Assembly: GCA_030390025.1 (NCBI GenBank)
Contig: CM059431.1
Span: 23,498,001 to 23,562,000, forward strand
DNA length: 64,000 bases
Reading direction: 5' to 3'
Origin: Squalus acanthias
Lineage: Eukaryota
In this document: piece after piece, positions 1 to 12,842 of the stretch
How positions within the stretch are numbered: position 1 is the stretch's first letter
Layout: each line of letters begins with the position of its first letter
Notes under the pieces: model-generated
Told to the model about the DNA's origin: nothing
The model's database searches: none
What the model saw: only the letters and a program-made list of their open reading frames with translations
Translations under genes and position numbers: made by a program

Positions 1-311
1 AGTACAATCAGTTGTGGTGCATGGTGAGATTGCCTAATACTGGGGTCAATCTGGGGAGCACCTGGTGTGTATACAGTTAATATTTCTAAACGGCTTTGTA
101 AGGTATATTCAATCCTCCAAATGCATTGAAATTTAAGTGCCTTGGGTCCTTTTACTATGTTAAAGGCGCTATATAAATGCAAGTTGTTGTGATTGTGTTT
201 TAATAGTTCAGATTGAAAACTGCTAATTTTATGATTGCTATCGGATATATGAGCATTAGCGAGGTATTGGTTACGAACAACTATAATCAGCGTTTAATAT
301 TATTGTTAAAG

Positions 312-401
312 TTTTACAGGCGCCTATCAGAAGAATTGTCTCAGAAGCGATGGGAGCGTATTTCAGTATCTCAGCCGATGCAGCCAACCAGTAGATCGCA
401 A
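312..401 (+). CDS. VPS36: VPS36 internal coding exon (1st in window, probably exon 5)
   Basis: AAG acceptor; FYRRLSEELSQKRWERISVSQPMQPTSRSQ resembles VPS36 FYRRLSEEMTQRRWE...; GTAGGT donor; 90 nt, phase 0/0. Upstream exons (GLUE domain) lie outside the window. Confidence 0.93.
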
Positions 402-1504
402 GTAGGTATTAATGTGAAAATCCCTTCCATGATTTATTGTGATCATTCAAAAAGTTCACTGTACTAAATGTATGAGAAGTGATCTGCCTGCATCCACCAC
501 TAGTCTCGTATTCCCCTACAGCACTGCACCCATTACCCATTTGTGCTACCTGCTTCTTTTTATGTGGCAGATTTTTTTTTAATGGAAGGATGGTTGTTGG
601 GGTGAGGGGTGGTGGTCGGGAAGGAGAGGAAGCCCGGGAGGTGGGGGGTTGCTTATTGAACTGGCAAGTGTTGGTCGATATTGCACTTTTTGTGTTGATT
701 ATCAGGATGAAAGTGTTCCCGGGTATAGCATAAATTTGGTTAGATGCAGTGTTAAAACTCTGTATACCCTGTTTCGATAGTGTGGCTTGATTTCAACCTC
801 AGATGACCTCTGTTTCAACATGAGTCATTCTTGTAGCCTCTTTTCAGTCAAATTGATAATTACAGATACTTCAGTTCTGTGTAGTCACATCCATTAGGAA
901 CTGGGTCATTGCAATTAGAGCTCTTGCATCTGGAAGAGAAAGAACCTTTGTCCCATCTCTCTGGGCTAGCTTTGATCTATGTTCCCAAAAGTGAGAAAAA
1001 ACAGTGTGCCACCTACTTTCCCACCGCACACTCTTTGATTTTGAACTGTAGAGGTTGTGTGGAGCAGGGTTGTAAAATAATTGAAACTGGACTGGCGGAA
1101 AAGAACTACAAAACTATTTTAAAAAATGTTTACCAGTACTTCGTTAATAGTTAAAGACAATTTAAACAGCATAGCTGTTTTGATGTTTATACTCGGCTTG
1201 AGCAGTTAATAATGATGGGTGAAATGACCCACTTAGATACACCTACGATCAACCTGGTTGAAACTGCCCAATCTTATTTCAATTAGGGCCCTTAAAGCTG
1301 TAAGAGAGAGGACTTTTAAGATTTTAGTAAGTACACAATTGACATTAATTTGCATACATAATCTATTTATACATGAACATTTGTACATGGATAAATGTGC
1401 ATATCTGTTTCATATATAATTTATTTATTATAAATGCAGTCAACTACATTTATTATCTATGTTCTAAAAGAATATTTAATGGTTCAGGCCATTCGGCACA
1501 ATCA

Positions 1505-2003
1505 GTGCATGTCTGGGCACCACACCTTAGGAAGGATATATTGGCCTTGGAGGGAGTTTACCAGAATGATGCCCGGACTCCCAAGGGTTAAATTACGAGA
1601 TGAGATTATACAAATTAGGGTTGTATTCCCTAGAATTTGGACGATTAAGGGGTCATTTGATCGAAGTTTTCAAAATATTAAGGGGAACAGATAAAGAGAA
1701 CCTATTTCTTCTGATTGAGGAGTCTAGGACTAGGGGGCATAGTCTAAAAATTAGAGCCAGACCTTTCAGGAGTGAAATTAGGAAACACCTTTTACACACA
1801 AAGGGTGGTAGAAGTTTGGAACTCCCTTCCACAAACAGCAATTGATGCTAGATCAATTGTTAATTTTAAATCGGAATTTGATAGCTATTAAGGGATATGG
1901 GCCAAAGGCGGGTATATGGAGTTAGATCACAGATCAGCCATGATCTCATTGAATGGCGGAACAGGCTGGAGGGGGCTCAATGGCCTCCTCCTGTTCCTAT
2001 GTC
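1505..2003 (+). mobile_element. CR1 LINE 3' fragment
   Basis: WAPHLRKDILALEGV / LGLYSLEFGRLRG RT C-terminal peptides; CR1 3' tail (atcagccatgatctcattgaatggcggaacagg...ctgttcctatgt). Confidence 0.9.
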
Positions 2004-2009
2004 GGCATT

Positions 2010-2180
2010 TACCCTCCACGTGAGCAGATAGTTCTGATCACATTTACCCACCCTGTTCCTGTATCCCTTCAACCCCTTTTCCTTCATCCACATATCCAAT
2101 CTAATCTTGAATGTTGATATAATTTCTACCTCAACCACTAACCATGGAAGTGAATTCCACAGCCTCACAACTCTCTGTGA
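2010..2180 (-). mobile_element. CR1-type LINE 3' fragment (tail-to-tail with the previous copy)
   Basis: Minus-strand SQRVVRLWNSLP...FKIRLDMWM...GLKGY peptide. Confidence 0.75.
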
Positions 2181-2217
2181 AGACTTTGTGGCATTAAAAG
2201 CATGAAGCTTCACTTTA

Positions 2218-2918
2218 GGACCAGCCACACAAATATTGTGGCAACAAGAGAAGGTCAGAGGCTGGGTATTCTGCGGCGAGTGTCTCCCCTCCCAAAGCCT
2301 TTCCACCATCTACAAGGCACAAGTCAGGCGTGTGATGGAATACTCTTCACTTGCCTGGATGAGTGCAGCTCCAACAACAGTCAAGAAGCTCGACACCATC
2401 CAGGATAAAGCAGCCCACTTGATTGGCACCCCATCCACCACCTTAAACATTCACTCCCTCCACCACCGGCATACCGTGGCTGCAGTGTGTACCATCTACA
2501 AGATGCACTGCTGCAACTCGCCAAGGCTTCTTCGGCAGCACCTCCCAATACCCGCGACCTCTACCATCTAGAAGGACAAGGGCAGCAGGCGCATGGGAAC
2601 ACCACCACCTCCAAGTTCCCCTCCAAGTCACACAACATCCTGACTTGGAAGTATATCGCCGTTCCTTCATCGCCGCTGTGCAGCGCCTTGGGACGTTTTA
2701 CTACGTTAAAGGCGCTATTTAAATACAAGTTGTTGTTGTCGCTGGGTCAAAATCCTGGAACTCCCTCCCTAACAGCACTGTGGGAGTACCTTCACCACAC
2801 AGACTGCAGCGGTTCAAGAAGGCGGCTCACCACCACCTTCTCAAGGGCAACTAGGGATGGGAAATAAATGCTGGCCTTGCCAGCGACACCCACATCCCGT
2901 GAACAAATAAAAAAAAAA
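2218..2918 (+). mobile_element. Non-LTR LINE family B 3' fragment (CR1/L2-related), with a short L2-type tail inserted at ~2679-2737
   Basis: YKAQVRRVMEYSSLAW...HSLHHRHTVAAVCTIYKMH RT C-terminus; tail ...aaataaatgctggccttgccagcgacacccacatccc...polyA; six near-identical copies in the window. Confidence 0.88.
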
Positions 2919-3584
2919 TACTGCATTGTGCATTACTTGGAATAATGGTTCTGTACTTATAAAATGGAATATCGTCAGACTTTGTATGAGCATTGCCACA
3001 GGAAGCGGATATATACTTCAAAAGGAAACATTTGCAGAGCTGTGGGGAAAGAACAGGGGAGTGGGACTAATTGGTAGCTCTTTCAGTGAGCCGGCACAGG
3101 TACGATCAGCCCCCTCTGTGCTGTATGATTCTATTCCATGGAGTGATAGAGATATGGTTTGACTCTGTAATTTCTCACTCAGAGTGAGTTCTTAATTTCA
3201 ATTATGCCAATGAAGGAAAATGCAAAGCATGGATTTTGTACTTCCTTCAGGCAGGAATAATCACCTAGCGTCACTGACACACGAGCAATGTTGCTGGAGG
3301 TTGAGGAGCAGGTTGCCTGACGTCTGTCCCAGTCAGGGAATGGTGCGTAGCAGAGAGAAAGATGATTACATTTTAAGAAGGGACAAAAAAGACAAAACAG
3401 CCAGACTGAGGTCTCAACTGCTGCTGGTAAAAATAACTGACTTCCCTTCGAAGTTCATTTCCTGTGGGAGCTTTTAACAATCACATGTAGTAGGAAGTAT
3501 TTGCATTTGCAAGAGAACAAAAACTTTGAATAGACGATGTACCACTTTTGGTGTGAAATTACTAAGAGTTTCCTATTTCTACAG

Positions 3585-3671
3585 GCAGGAAAAGTGAGGG
3601 CTGTAGGAATTGTGGGTATTGAAAGGAAGCTGGAGGAAAAACGAAAGGAGACCGACAAAAACATCTCTGAA
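3585..3671 (+). CDS. VPS36: VPS36 coding exon
   Basis: tttctacag acceptor; [29 protein letters not shown]; GTAAGT donor; 87 nt. Confidence 0.97.
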
Positions 3672-4207
3672 GTAAGTCATTCTAAATGTTCAAGGCCAGC
3701 CATCCGTCTGGATCCGCTGAGACCATTTCCTGTGAAATGCTGGTGTGAGTGCTGTGTTGAAACACATCTCGGAGAGTGTTTCACCCTGAAAAGCCAGGTT
3801 AGGTAGTTAGTATTTAGGAAGGAAATGTCATTTATATGAGTACGCTTTTCTTTAATGTTTGCACCTTGTTTGTTTTATGCATATTATAAACGTGCCTAAG
3901 ATAAATTTGTTGCAAACTTAGTTTGTGCTTCCCTAATTTGGATATTACACTATAGTACAGAGCTGAAGACAATAAAATTAAGATACAGTTGTTTCTGTCC
4001 CAAAGACGTAGTAATTGGTGTATCTCTTTCTTCTGGATGTCTCCACGTGACACTAAGGCTACTAGCAACACGACAGTGATATTATGCATTCATAAGAAGG
4101 TACTTGCTGCACTATGTAGGTTGTCTTTAAGGAATTGACAAAGGTTTGCAAAGATTATATTCTTAAAAACATTTTATCGAAAGAAATATAATTTCTGGTT
4201 TATCACC

Positions 4208-6723
4208 ATAAGAACATAAGGAGCAGGAGTAGGCCAATCGGCCCCTCGAGCCTGCTCCGCCATTCAATAAGATCATGGCTGATCCAATCTTGGCCTCAAC
4301 ACCACTTTCCCGCTCTCTCCCCATAACCCTTGACTCCCTTGTAGTTCAAATGTCTGTCAATCTCCGCCTTGAATATATTCAATGACTCCGCCTCCACAGC
4401 TCTCTGGGGTAGAGAATTCCAAAGATTCATGACCCTCTGAGAGAAGAAATTCCTCCTCATCTCCGTCTTAAATAGGCGACCCCTCATTCTGAAACTATGC
4501 CCCCTAGTTCTAGATACCCCCACTAGGGGAAACATCCTCTCAGCATCCACCCTGTCAATCCCCCTCAGAATCTTATATGTTTCAATACGATCACCTCTCA
4601 TTCTTCTAAACTCCAATGAGTATAGGCCCAAACTGCTCAACCTTTCGTCATACGTCAACCCCTTCATCCCAGGAATCAACCTAGTGAACCTTCTCTGCAC
4701 TGCCTCCAATGCAAGTACATCCTTCCTTAAATATGGAGACCACAACTGTACGCAGCACTCCAGGTGCGGTCTCACCAGCGCCCTGTAAAGTTGCATCAAA
4801 ACCTCCCTACTTTTATACTCCATACCCCTTGCAATAAAGGCCAACATTCCATTAGCCTTCCTAATTACTTGCTGTACCTGCATGCTAACTTTTTGTGTTT
4901 CATGTACTAGGACCCCCAGATCCCATTGTACCGCAGCATTTTGTAGTCTCACTCCATTTAAATAATAATTTGCTTTTTCATTCTTCCTTCCAAAGTGGAT
5001 AACCTCACATTTTCCCACATTATACTCCATCTGCCAAATTTTTGCCCACTCACTTAGCCTATCTATATCCCTTTGCAGACTCTTTGTGTCCTCCTCACAA
5101 CTTGCTAACCCACCTATCTTTGTATTATCAGCAAATTTGGCTACAGTACACTCGGTCCCTTCATCCAAGTCATTAATATAGATTGTAAATAGTTGAGGCC
5201 CCAGCACTGATCCCTGTGGCACCCCACTAGTTACTGATTGCCAACCGGAAAATGACCCATTTATCCCGACTCTGTAGTTAGCCAATCCCCTATCCATGCC
5301 AATATATTACCCCCCAACCCCGTGCGCTCTTATCTGTGCAGTAATCTTTTATGTGGCACCTTATCGAATGCCTTCTGGAAATCCAAATACACTACATCTA
5401 CTAGTTCCCCTTTATCCACCCTGTTTGTTACATCCTCAAAGAACTCTAGCAAATTTGTCAAACATGATTTCCCTTTCATAAAACCATGTTGACTCTGCTT
5501 GCTTGTCTTATGATTTTCTAAATTGTCCTGTTACTACCACCTTAATAATGGATTCCAGCATTTTCCCAATGACAGATGTTAGGCTAACTGGCCTATAGTT
5601 TCCTGCTTTCTGTCTCCCTCCTTTCTTGAATAGTGGCGTTACATTTGTGGTTTTCCAATCCGCTGGGACCTCTCCAGAATCCAGGGAATTTTGGTAGATT
5701 ACAACCAATGCATCCACTATCTCTGCAGCCACTTCTTTTAAAACCCTAGGATGCAGGCCATCAGGTCCAGGGGACTTGTCGGCCTTTAGCCCCATTAGTT
5801 TGCCTAGTACTTTTTCTCTAGCGATAGAGATTGTTTTAAGTTCCTCCCTCCCTATAGCCCCTTGATTATCTATTATTATTGGGATGTTTTTAGTGTCTTC
5901 TACCGTGAAGACCGATCTAAAATAATTGTTTAGAGTCTCTGCCATTTCTCTATTTCCCATTATTAATTCCCCAGTCTCATCCTCTAAGGGACCAACGTTT
6001 ACTTTAGCTACTCTCTTCCTTTTTATATACCTGTAGAAGCTCTTGCTGTCTGTTTTTATATTATTTGCTAGTTTACTCTCATACTCTATCTTCTCCCTCT
6101 TTATAATTTTTTTAGTCATCCTTTGCTGGTTTCTAAAAATTTCCCAATCCTCTGGCCTACCACTAATCTTCACTACATTGTATGCCTTTTCTTTCAATTT
6201 GATACCATCCTTAACTTCCTTAGTTAGCCACGGATGGTGCATCCTTCTCGTAGAGCCTTTCTTTCTCACTGGAATATACCTTTGCTGAGATTTATGAAAT
6301 ATCTCCTTAAATGTCTGCCACTGCTGATCTACCATCTTGCCCTTTAATCTATTTTCCCAGTCCACTTTAGCCAACTCTGTCCTCATACCCTTGTAATTGC
6401 CTTTATTTAAGTTTAGGACACTAGTTTCAGACCCAAGTTTCTCACCCTCAAACTGAATTTGAAATTCTACCATGCTATGATCACTCTTTCCCAGGGGATC
6501 CTTTACTATGAGATCATTAATTAATCCTGTCTCATTACACATTACCAGATCTAAAATAGCCTGCTTCCTGGTTGGTTCCTCAACGTATTGCTCTAAGAAA
6601 CCATCCTGAATACGCTCTATAAACTCGTCCTCAAGACTACCCTTGCCAATTTGATTTGTCCAATCTATATGATGATTAAAATCGCCCATGATTATTGCAG
6701 TACCTTTCTTACAAGCCCCCATT
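4208..6723 (-). mobile_element. 5'-truncated CR1 LINE, ORF2 (endonuclease end + RT) broken by indels
   Basis: ORFs 5508..6722 (MGDFN, LDLV, SDHSMV, KSPGPDG, NYRPVSLTS) and 4296..5297 (GVPQGSVLGP, KFADNTK); CR1 tail ending in cttatgtt-type repeats. Confidence 0.96.
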
Positions 6724-6880
6724 ATACTATATTACAGAAATTAGCATGCCAACACTGTATCTATCAACTAGGGAGATTCTCTGAATGTTAAGGCAGTGCT
6801 ACAGGTGAATCTGGGGCTCAAAACATAATGGTAAAGTGGCTTTTGAGTGTCAGAGCACGAATGCTAACTGCTATAGAGTA

Positions 6881-7040
6881 CATGATGCGGAGATGCCGGT
6901 GTTGGACTGGGGTGGACAAAAGTGAGAAGTCGCACAACACCAAGTCACTTCACCTGATGAAGGGGCAGCAGCTCCGAAAGCTTGTGAGTTCAAATAAAAC
7001 TGTTGGACTATAACCTGGTGTTGTGCGACTTCTCACTTTT
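6881..7040. mobile_element. Penelope-like element terminal (pLTR) remnant, family 1, with inverted tail
   Basis: Same sequence as at 10241, 14717 and 62362; inverted segment 6918-6942 vs 7016-7040; 12-bp TSD tgcta(t/c)agagta. Confidence 0.8.
6950..6987 (+). ncRNA. Minimal type-I hammerhead ribozyme motif (PLE family 1)
   Basis: UCAC-CUGAUGA-A-GGGGC(AGCA)GCUCC-GAAA-GC-UU^GUGA: full core, stem I UCAC/GUGA, palindromic AGCU stem III; predicted cut after 6983. Confidence 0.82.
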
Positions 7041-8412
7041 GCTACAGAGTAAGTTGTTCCCAATCTGCACTAAATGAAGGCTGTGGTATTTCCCTCAGAG
7101 AGGGGAGAAAGTCTCAAGCAAGGGTCAAGCCTACTGGTACCTACCGACTCCTGGCAGGGGGCTACAGTGGTCACTGGGAGCAGGCCAAATTTCTGCCCTT
7201 TAAGCGGCAGAGCTCTGAAGGCCAAGTGGATCTGAAAATTGAGAATAACTTGCATGGAAAGATAACTATGTCAAAGAAAAATGGGACTTGTTGAAGAGTG
7301 AATTCCATTTTTTTTATATATTAAGAGATGCCAAAATCTTTAAGACGTCTGACAGAAATTGTAGAAAGCATTACAGTCAGTCATAATTGTAGGTCTTACT
7401 TACAGAAAAGGAATTGCTTAGTAGCAGAGTGCTACACTTTTATAATTTATTTAAAAAAAAAAAAATTGTATTTACCATACACAGGTAATGTAACCGCTTC
7501 TTATTTTCATGATTGAAGAGTCAGGTAACTCTTAACATTCAGTGCTTGGGTTACACAAGCCTGCAGAGAAAAAGGCAGATTACAATGCGGACCATGCACT
7601 GTCACATTAAAAGCTTAATCCATATTTCTGTAATTCAATTTGAACAAAACAAAATCTGTTTTTTTAACCCTTCACTGGTAGTGTTTGGTTCTTTTCTTTT
7701 TGGTTTTAAAGTGCTATAAACTCATTACATGTTTCAGGAGTGCATATAATTCATGCAATGCTGAAACCATAATAAGGTTGAATTCAGAAAAAAAATCAAT
7801 AAATATCTCACTATATATTGGGTTAAAGTACCATGTAATCTCCTTTCCCCCTCCGCCATCCTATTAAAAAAAAAACCCAAAACAAGCAAAACTTCACGGC
7901 GAAAAGTAATGTTCTCTGAATTTCTTTTTAAGTCCTTTGGATATGACAAACTATTTTGATTTTACAGATGAATGATATCATAGTTAGTGACCCCAGGTTC
8001 TAGTAAAGGTTTCCTGCCAGCGCTGTTTGTCCCTGATAAGAATCCTGCAGTTCAATTCTGTTTATCACAGGAAGTTCCTGTTAGGTGTGTTCCCATTCCC
8101 TTTTGTTCCCAGAGTCTCTCTGCACAATTCCATCATTGGAGAAACAATGCTAAGTAGACTATTCTACTGGCTGTTTTTTAAAAAAAAAATTAGTCCTGGA
8201 ACTTTCCACAGGCCATTCAGCTTATTATCCCAAAGAATGTTTAGTATTTTTATTTGCATTACTTTAGATCAGAATATGTTTACACTCGAGAGCTCAATAC
8301 GGATTTAGGATTGCGTCTATTTAGCCACACCACTTAAAAATAGGGAAAACTTATGGCTTGTGACCATAGGTATATATTTTTTAAATATTACTGTGATATA
8401 GAATTATTTTCA

Positions 8413-8877
8413 GTGTTAGCCGTGGCTCAGTGGGTAGCACTCTCGCCTCTGAGACAGAAGGTTGTGGGTTCAAGTCCCACTCCAGGGACTTGAGCACAAA
8501 AATCTAGGCTAACACGCCAGTGCAGTGCTGAGGGAGTGCTGCATTGTTGGAGGTGCCGTCTTTCGGATGAGACATTAAACTGAGGCCCCGTCTGCTCTCT
8601 CAGCTGGATGTAAAAGATCCCATAGTACTATTTCGAAGAAGAACCGGGTTCTCCCCGGTGTCCTGGCCAATATATATCCCTCAATCAACATAACAAAAAC
8701 AGATTATCTGGTCATTATTAGATTGCTGTTCGTGGGCGCTTGCTGCGCGCAAATTGGCTGCCGCGTTTCCTACATTACAACAGTGACTACGCTTCAGAAG
8801 TACTTAATTGGCTGTAAAGCGCTTTGGGACGTGCTGAGGTCATGAAAGGCGCTATATAAATGCAAGTCTTTTTCTTT
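8413..8877 (+). mobile_element. Full-length tRNA-derived Deu-domain SINE (SacSINE1/AmnSINE1-like)
   Basis: A box TGGCTCAGTGG, B box GGTTCAAGTCC, Deu-like core gaggtgccgtctttcggatgagac...aaagatcccat, L2-like tail aaaggcgctatataaatgcaagt. Confidence 0.88.
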
Positions 8878-9156
8878 TATTAAGCACTGATTTTTTTTTC
8901 AGTGTAAATAACTTGGAGTAATTGGTTCTCAGATGATTTATATGGATAAGTGACAGCGTATTATTTGTACCTTGCAATTTAAAAGATGAAGCTCTACAAT
9001 TGCCTTCAGTAAATAGAGTCAGATATTTTAAAAATTTGATTGCTTATTTGCACTGCTAGAATAGACTTAAGAAGGAATTCCCAAAAGGCAGGTTGCCGAG
9101 AACGTCCAGTTACATTTTGTCTGCACTGCAAGTTTCAGCAGGGCTGTGCTATACTA

Positions 9157-9478
9157 GCCAAGGCTTCTTCGGCAGCACCTCCCAAACCCGCGACCTCTAC
9201 CACCTAGAAGGACAGCAGGCGCATGGGAACACCATCACCTCCAAGTTCCCCTCCAAGTTACACACCATCCTGACTTGGAAATATATCGCCGTTCCTTCAT
9301 CGTCGCTGGGTCAAAATCCTGGTACTCCCTCCCTAACAGCACTGTGGGAGTACCTTCACCACAAGGACTGCAGCAGTTCAAGCAGCTCACCACCACCTTC
9401 TCAAGCGAAATTAGGGATGGGCAATAAGTGCTGGCCTTGCCAGCGACACCCACATCCCAGGAACGAATAAAAAAAAAA
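9157..9478 (+). mobile_element. LINE family B 3' end
   Basis: Near-identical to 2520-2918; ends in polyA. Confidence 0.88.
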
Positions 9479-9826
9479 CTAGCCTCTCTGCACCACTCTC
9501 CCCCATTTACTTTTCCATTTGCCACTGACTGCTGAATCTGTCAGTAGTAGTTCACAAGACCTATGAGAAAATAGGTGTCCCTTGTTGCCAGAACAAGGTA
9601 AGTTGGAGAGGTTAGATTTCCACATGTGGCAGGAGGACCGTGTGTTTGATGTCACCTGCACTTTTATAATACAAAAGCACCATTAAACAGTCAGGTTTTG
9701 CAAGTCCACCACCACCCTGCTTAGTTACCATTTGTTTTGAGATGCTGATTTAAAATTAAAGTTATGTATGCAAATTTTACCCTGCTGTCCAGGATGTTGA
9801 CTACTTACTTGGTCTCAAGCCAACAA

Positions 9827-10227
9827 TTTTTTTTTATTCGTTCATGGGATTTGGGCATCGCTGGCAAGGCCAGCATTTTATTGCCCTCGAGAAGGTGACG
9901 GTGAGCCGCCTTCTTGAACCACTGCAGTCTTGGCACAACTGAGTGACTTGCTAGGCCATTTAAGAGTCGACCACATTGCTGTGGGTCTGGAGTCACATAT
10001 AGGCCAGACCAGGTAAGGACGGCAGATTTCCTTCCCTAATGGACATTAGGGAACCAGATGTGTTTTTACGACAATAGTTTCATTACTAGTCTTTTTTTAT
10101 TCCAGATTTTTATTTAATTAACTGGATTTAAATTCCCCAGCTGCCGTGGTGGGATTTGAACTCATGTCTCCGGATCATTAGTCAGACCTCTGGATTCCTA
10201 GTCCAGTAACATAACCACTATGCTACC
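9827..10227 (-). mobile_element. tRNA-derived SINE sharing its 3' tail with LINE family B
   Basis: Minus-strand head gtagcatagtggttatg...gagttcaaatccc (A/B boxes); central gggaaggaaatctgccgtccttacctggtctggcc; tail gggcaataaaatgctggccttgccagcgatg...polyA. Confidence 0.82.
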
Positions 10228-10240
10228 CTACCTATTATAA

Positions 10241-10427
10241 AAATGAGAAATCGCACAACACCAGGTTATAGTCCAACAGTTTTATTTGAAATCACGAGCT
10301 TTCGGAGCGCTGCTCCTTCGTCAGGAAAGCTCGTGATTTCAAATAAAACTGTTGGACTATAACCTGGTGTTGTGCGACTTCTCATTTTTGTCCACCCCAG
10401 TCCAACACCGGCATCTCCGCATCATGG
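10241..10427. mobile_element. Fold-back PLE pLTR remnant, family 1
   Basis: 65-bp inverted arms 10239-10303 / 10325-10389 (1 mismatch); 13-bp direct repeat ctacctattataa at 10228 and 10428. Confidence 0.82.
10292..10328 (-). ncRNA. Hammerhead ribozyme motif with stem I disrupted by the inversion junction
   Basis: Minus strand UUUC-CUGACGA-A-GGAGC(AGC)GCUCC-GAAA-GC-UC^GUGA; core intact, 5' strand of stem I replaced. Confidence 0.6.
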
Positions 10428-11099
10428 CTACCTATTATAAGCATTCTTAACCCTTCTAAGGCAACTGCATGCCAAAACTTTCAGGTAAGCAGGTCAGTAA
10501 TTTTGAACCCCCCCCCCCGGGCTTCCCATAAATCCACTGGCCCCCTGTTGATTCATTGTTTCAGCTGAGCTCCATTATACATGTTGCTACATTGAAACTT
10601 ACGTTTGAAAAATATTCCAACAAGGCGTACTCTGTCAGAAATAAGAGATTCTAATAGATTTTGTAGACACGCTGCAGCTGAGATCTTGAACTCAAGGCTG
10701 ACACTGGCCTGCAAGTTGCGGATAAGAAATTAATATTTCAGAAATTGGAATCATGAGGTTTAATTGTAATTCTTTACTTAAGGGTTAAGATCAGCTGCAG
10801 TGTGGCTGCATAGCCTCTCTAAAGCTACAACAGATGTTCCCAGTACTCTACATTTGATCCTGATGTGCAAGCGGACTGTACCCAATTCGGAAGCCAGCCA
10901 TGTTTGTGAATTTGTAATATTTTTACTTCTAAGTAAGTTGAAACTGGGCTGGTTTGAATTTTTTGAAAATAGATGAAATTCCACCCACTGTCATTGAGAG
11001 TACTGTAAACAGAAACAGTTCACAACGAATTATAATTAATGTCATTGTGCTTTTTTTGATTTTTCAGGGTGAGGGGCAGGGATTATTTTTGTTTATGCA

Positions 11100-11196
11100 A
11101 TGAGTTATATGGAGTTAGGTCGCCAATCAGCCATGATCTCATTGAATGGCGGAACAGGCTCGAGGGGCTAAATGGCTTACTCCTGTTCCTATGTTC
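11100..11196 (+). mobile_element. CR1 3' tail fragment
   Basis: atcagccatgatctcattgaatggcggaacaggctcgaggggctaaatggcttactcctgttcctatgttc. Confidence 0.8.
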
Positions 11197-12289
11197 CAAT
11201 AATGATTGCTGATAAGCACTTCAGAAACTGAATAGGAGGGGTTACTGAATCCAACTTTGAGGAAGGGACCTAAGATTAGTGAGTATACAGTTGCTAACCC
11301 AGGATGCTTTAGATTCAACTGCGTATTAATTCAGCTCTTTTCATTGCCACTTTGGTAATATCATCTTCTTTAGGCATTTCTACCTGCGGCTCCAGGAGAT
11401 CACTGAACCAATACCCGCAGCCTGCGAGAGCTGCTCTCCCCATGTTACTTTTGCACATACCGTTGGTGATTATGGGCCTTGTTCAAAGGCCAGTGGGGAA
11501 AAAGGCACTTGTTTTCCATGCCTTTTCATTGTAACCCATGAAAAATCAATTCCCTGTACCATTAGGATCACAGAGGTTGGGTTGTTTATTTTTCACTGTG
11601 CCACCAGCCATGCTGTGCTATCTATGTAATCCATTATGTGAGAAGTAAAAAATGAGGCTTCTCTCGTCTCACTTCGTTAGTTCAGTGTATGATTTCCTGC
11701 AGTCCAAAAGAAACTTTTGGGCAACACCTACCACCATGCAAGTTTTAAAATGTATATTAATTTGTAAAGTGAGAGAGGCAAAATTATCTAACAATTGGAG
11801 AAAAAAGATCTTTTCCTAGCCAGGACTTCGGGGGGGGGGGGGGGGAGGTGGTTTGGACTTCTGCCCAAAGCTATTGCAAAGTCAGTGAGGCAGCTGCACC
11901 ACCCACTGAAAACAGGCATCAGGAGGTGGGGGCGCTAAAAGTAGTGTCCCGGCGAAGTTAGCACCCCAAAGTGGGGAGCGACTCAATTTTTCCCCCTTAC
12001 TCTTCCAGGCCCAACAAAGCTCTTCAGAAAATTTCTTGGCCTTTTATTGGGTAATCCTTTTAAGGCCACTCACAGCCTGACACAAATGGGGGGACGGCTG
12101 TTAAAATCACCTCCATTGAGTGACGTCGTTCCTTGCTTTCATAGTTTGTGCCCTGCAAGCCTCCTTCAGCAATCATGGGTGAGAACAATTGGTATTTCTA
12201 GAGTACAGCTAAAATATTTTTATGATTGACGTTTACGGTTAGAGAAGCCAAATAGAGATGTCCAACATAAACCACACGATCAATCTTAC

Positions 12290-12690
12290 GGTGTCAGTGG
12301 TAGCACACTCGTCTCTGAGTCAGAAGATTGTGGGTTCAAACCAAACTCCAGAGACTGCTGCACACAATCTAGGCTGACATTTCAGTGCAGTACTGAAGGA
12401 GTGCTGCACTGTTAGAACTGCTGTCTTTCGGATGACATGTTAAACCGAGGCCCTGTCTGCCCTCTCCGGTCGACATAAAAGATCCCATGGTGCTATTCGA
12501 AGAAGAGCAGGGGTGTACTTTCAGTTTCCTGACCAACATGTATCCTTCAACCAACATCACTAAGATAGATTATTTGGTCATTTTTCTCATTGCTGTTTGT
12601 GGGACCTCGCTGTATGTAAATTGGCTGCTGCATTTCCCTACATTACAACAGTGACGACACTTCAAAAGTACTTAATTGGACGTAAAGCCT
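12290..12690 (+). mobile_element. Diverged Deu-domain SINE
   Basis: Colinear with 8413-8877. Confidence 0.82.
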
Positions 12691-12842
12691 CTCAAGTAGC
12701 AGTAATAGAGACAGTGATACCTTGGGGAGAATTCCGTCTGAAACCTGTTAGAACAAGCTCCTTGTTTCTGTGGCAAGATGTAGATAGTTGGGTTTTTTCA
12801 CATTCCAAATGGGATCTGATGTTTGCTAATACAGTTGATATT

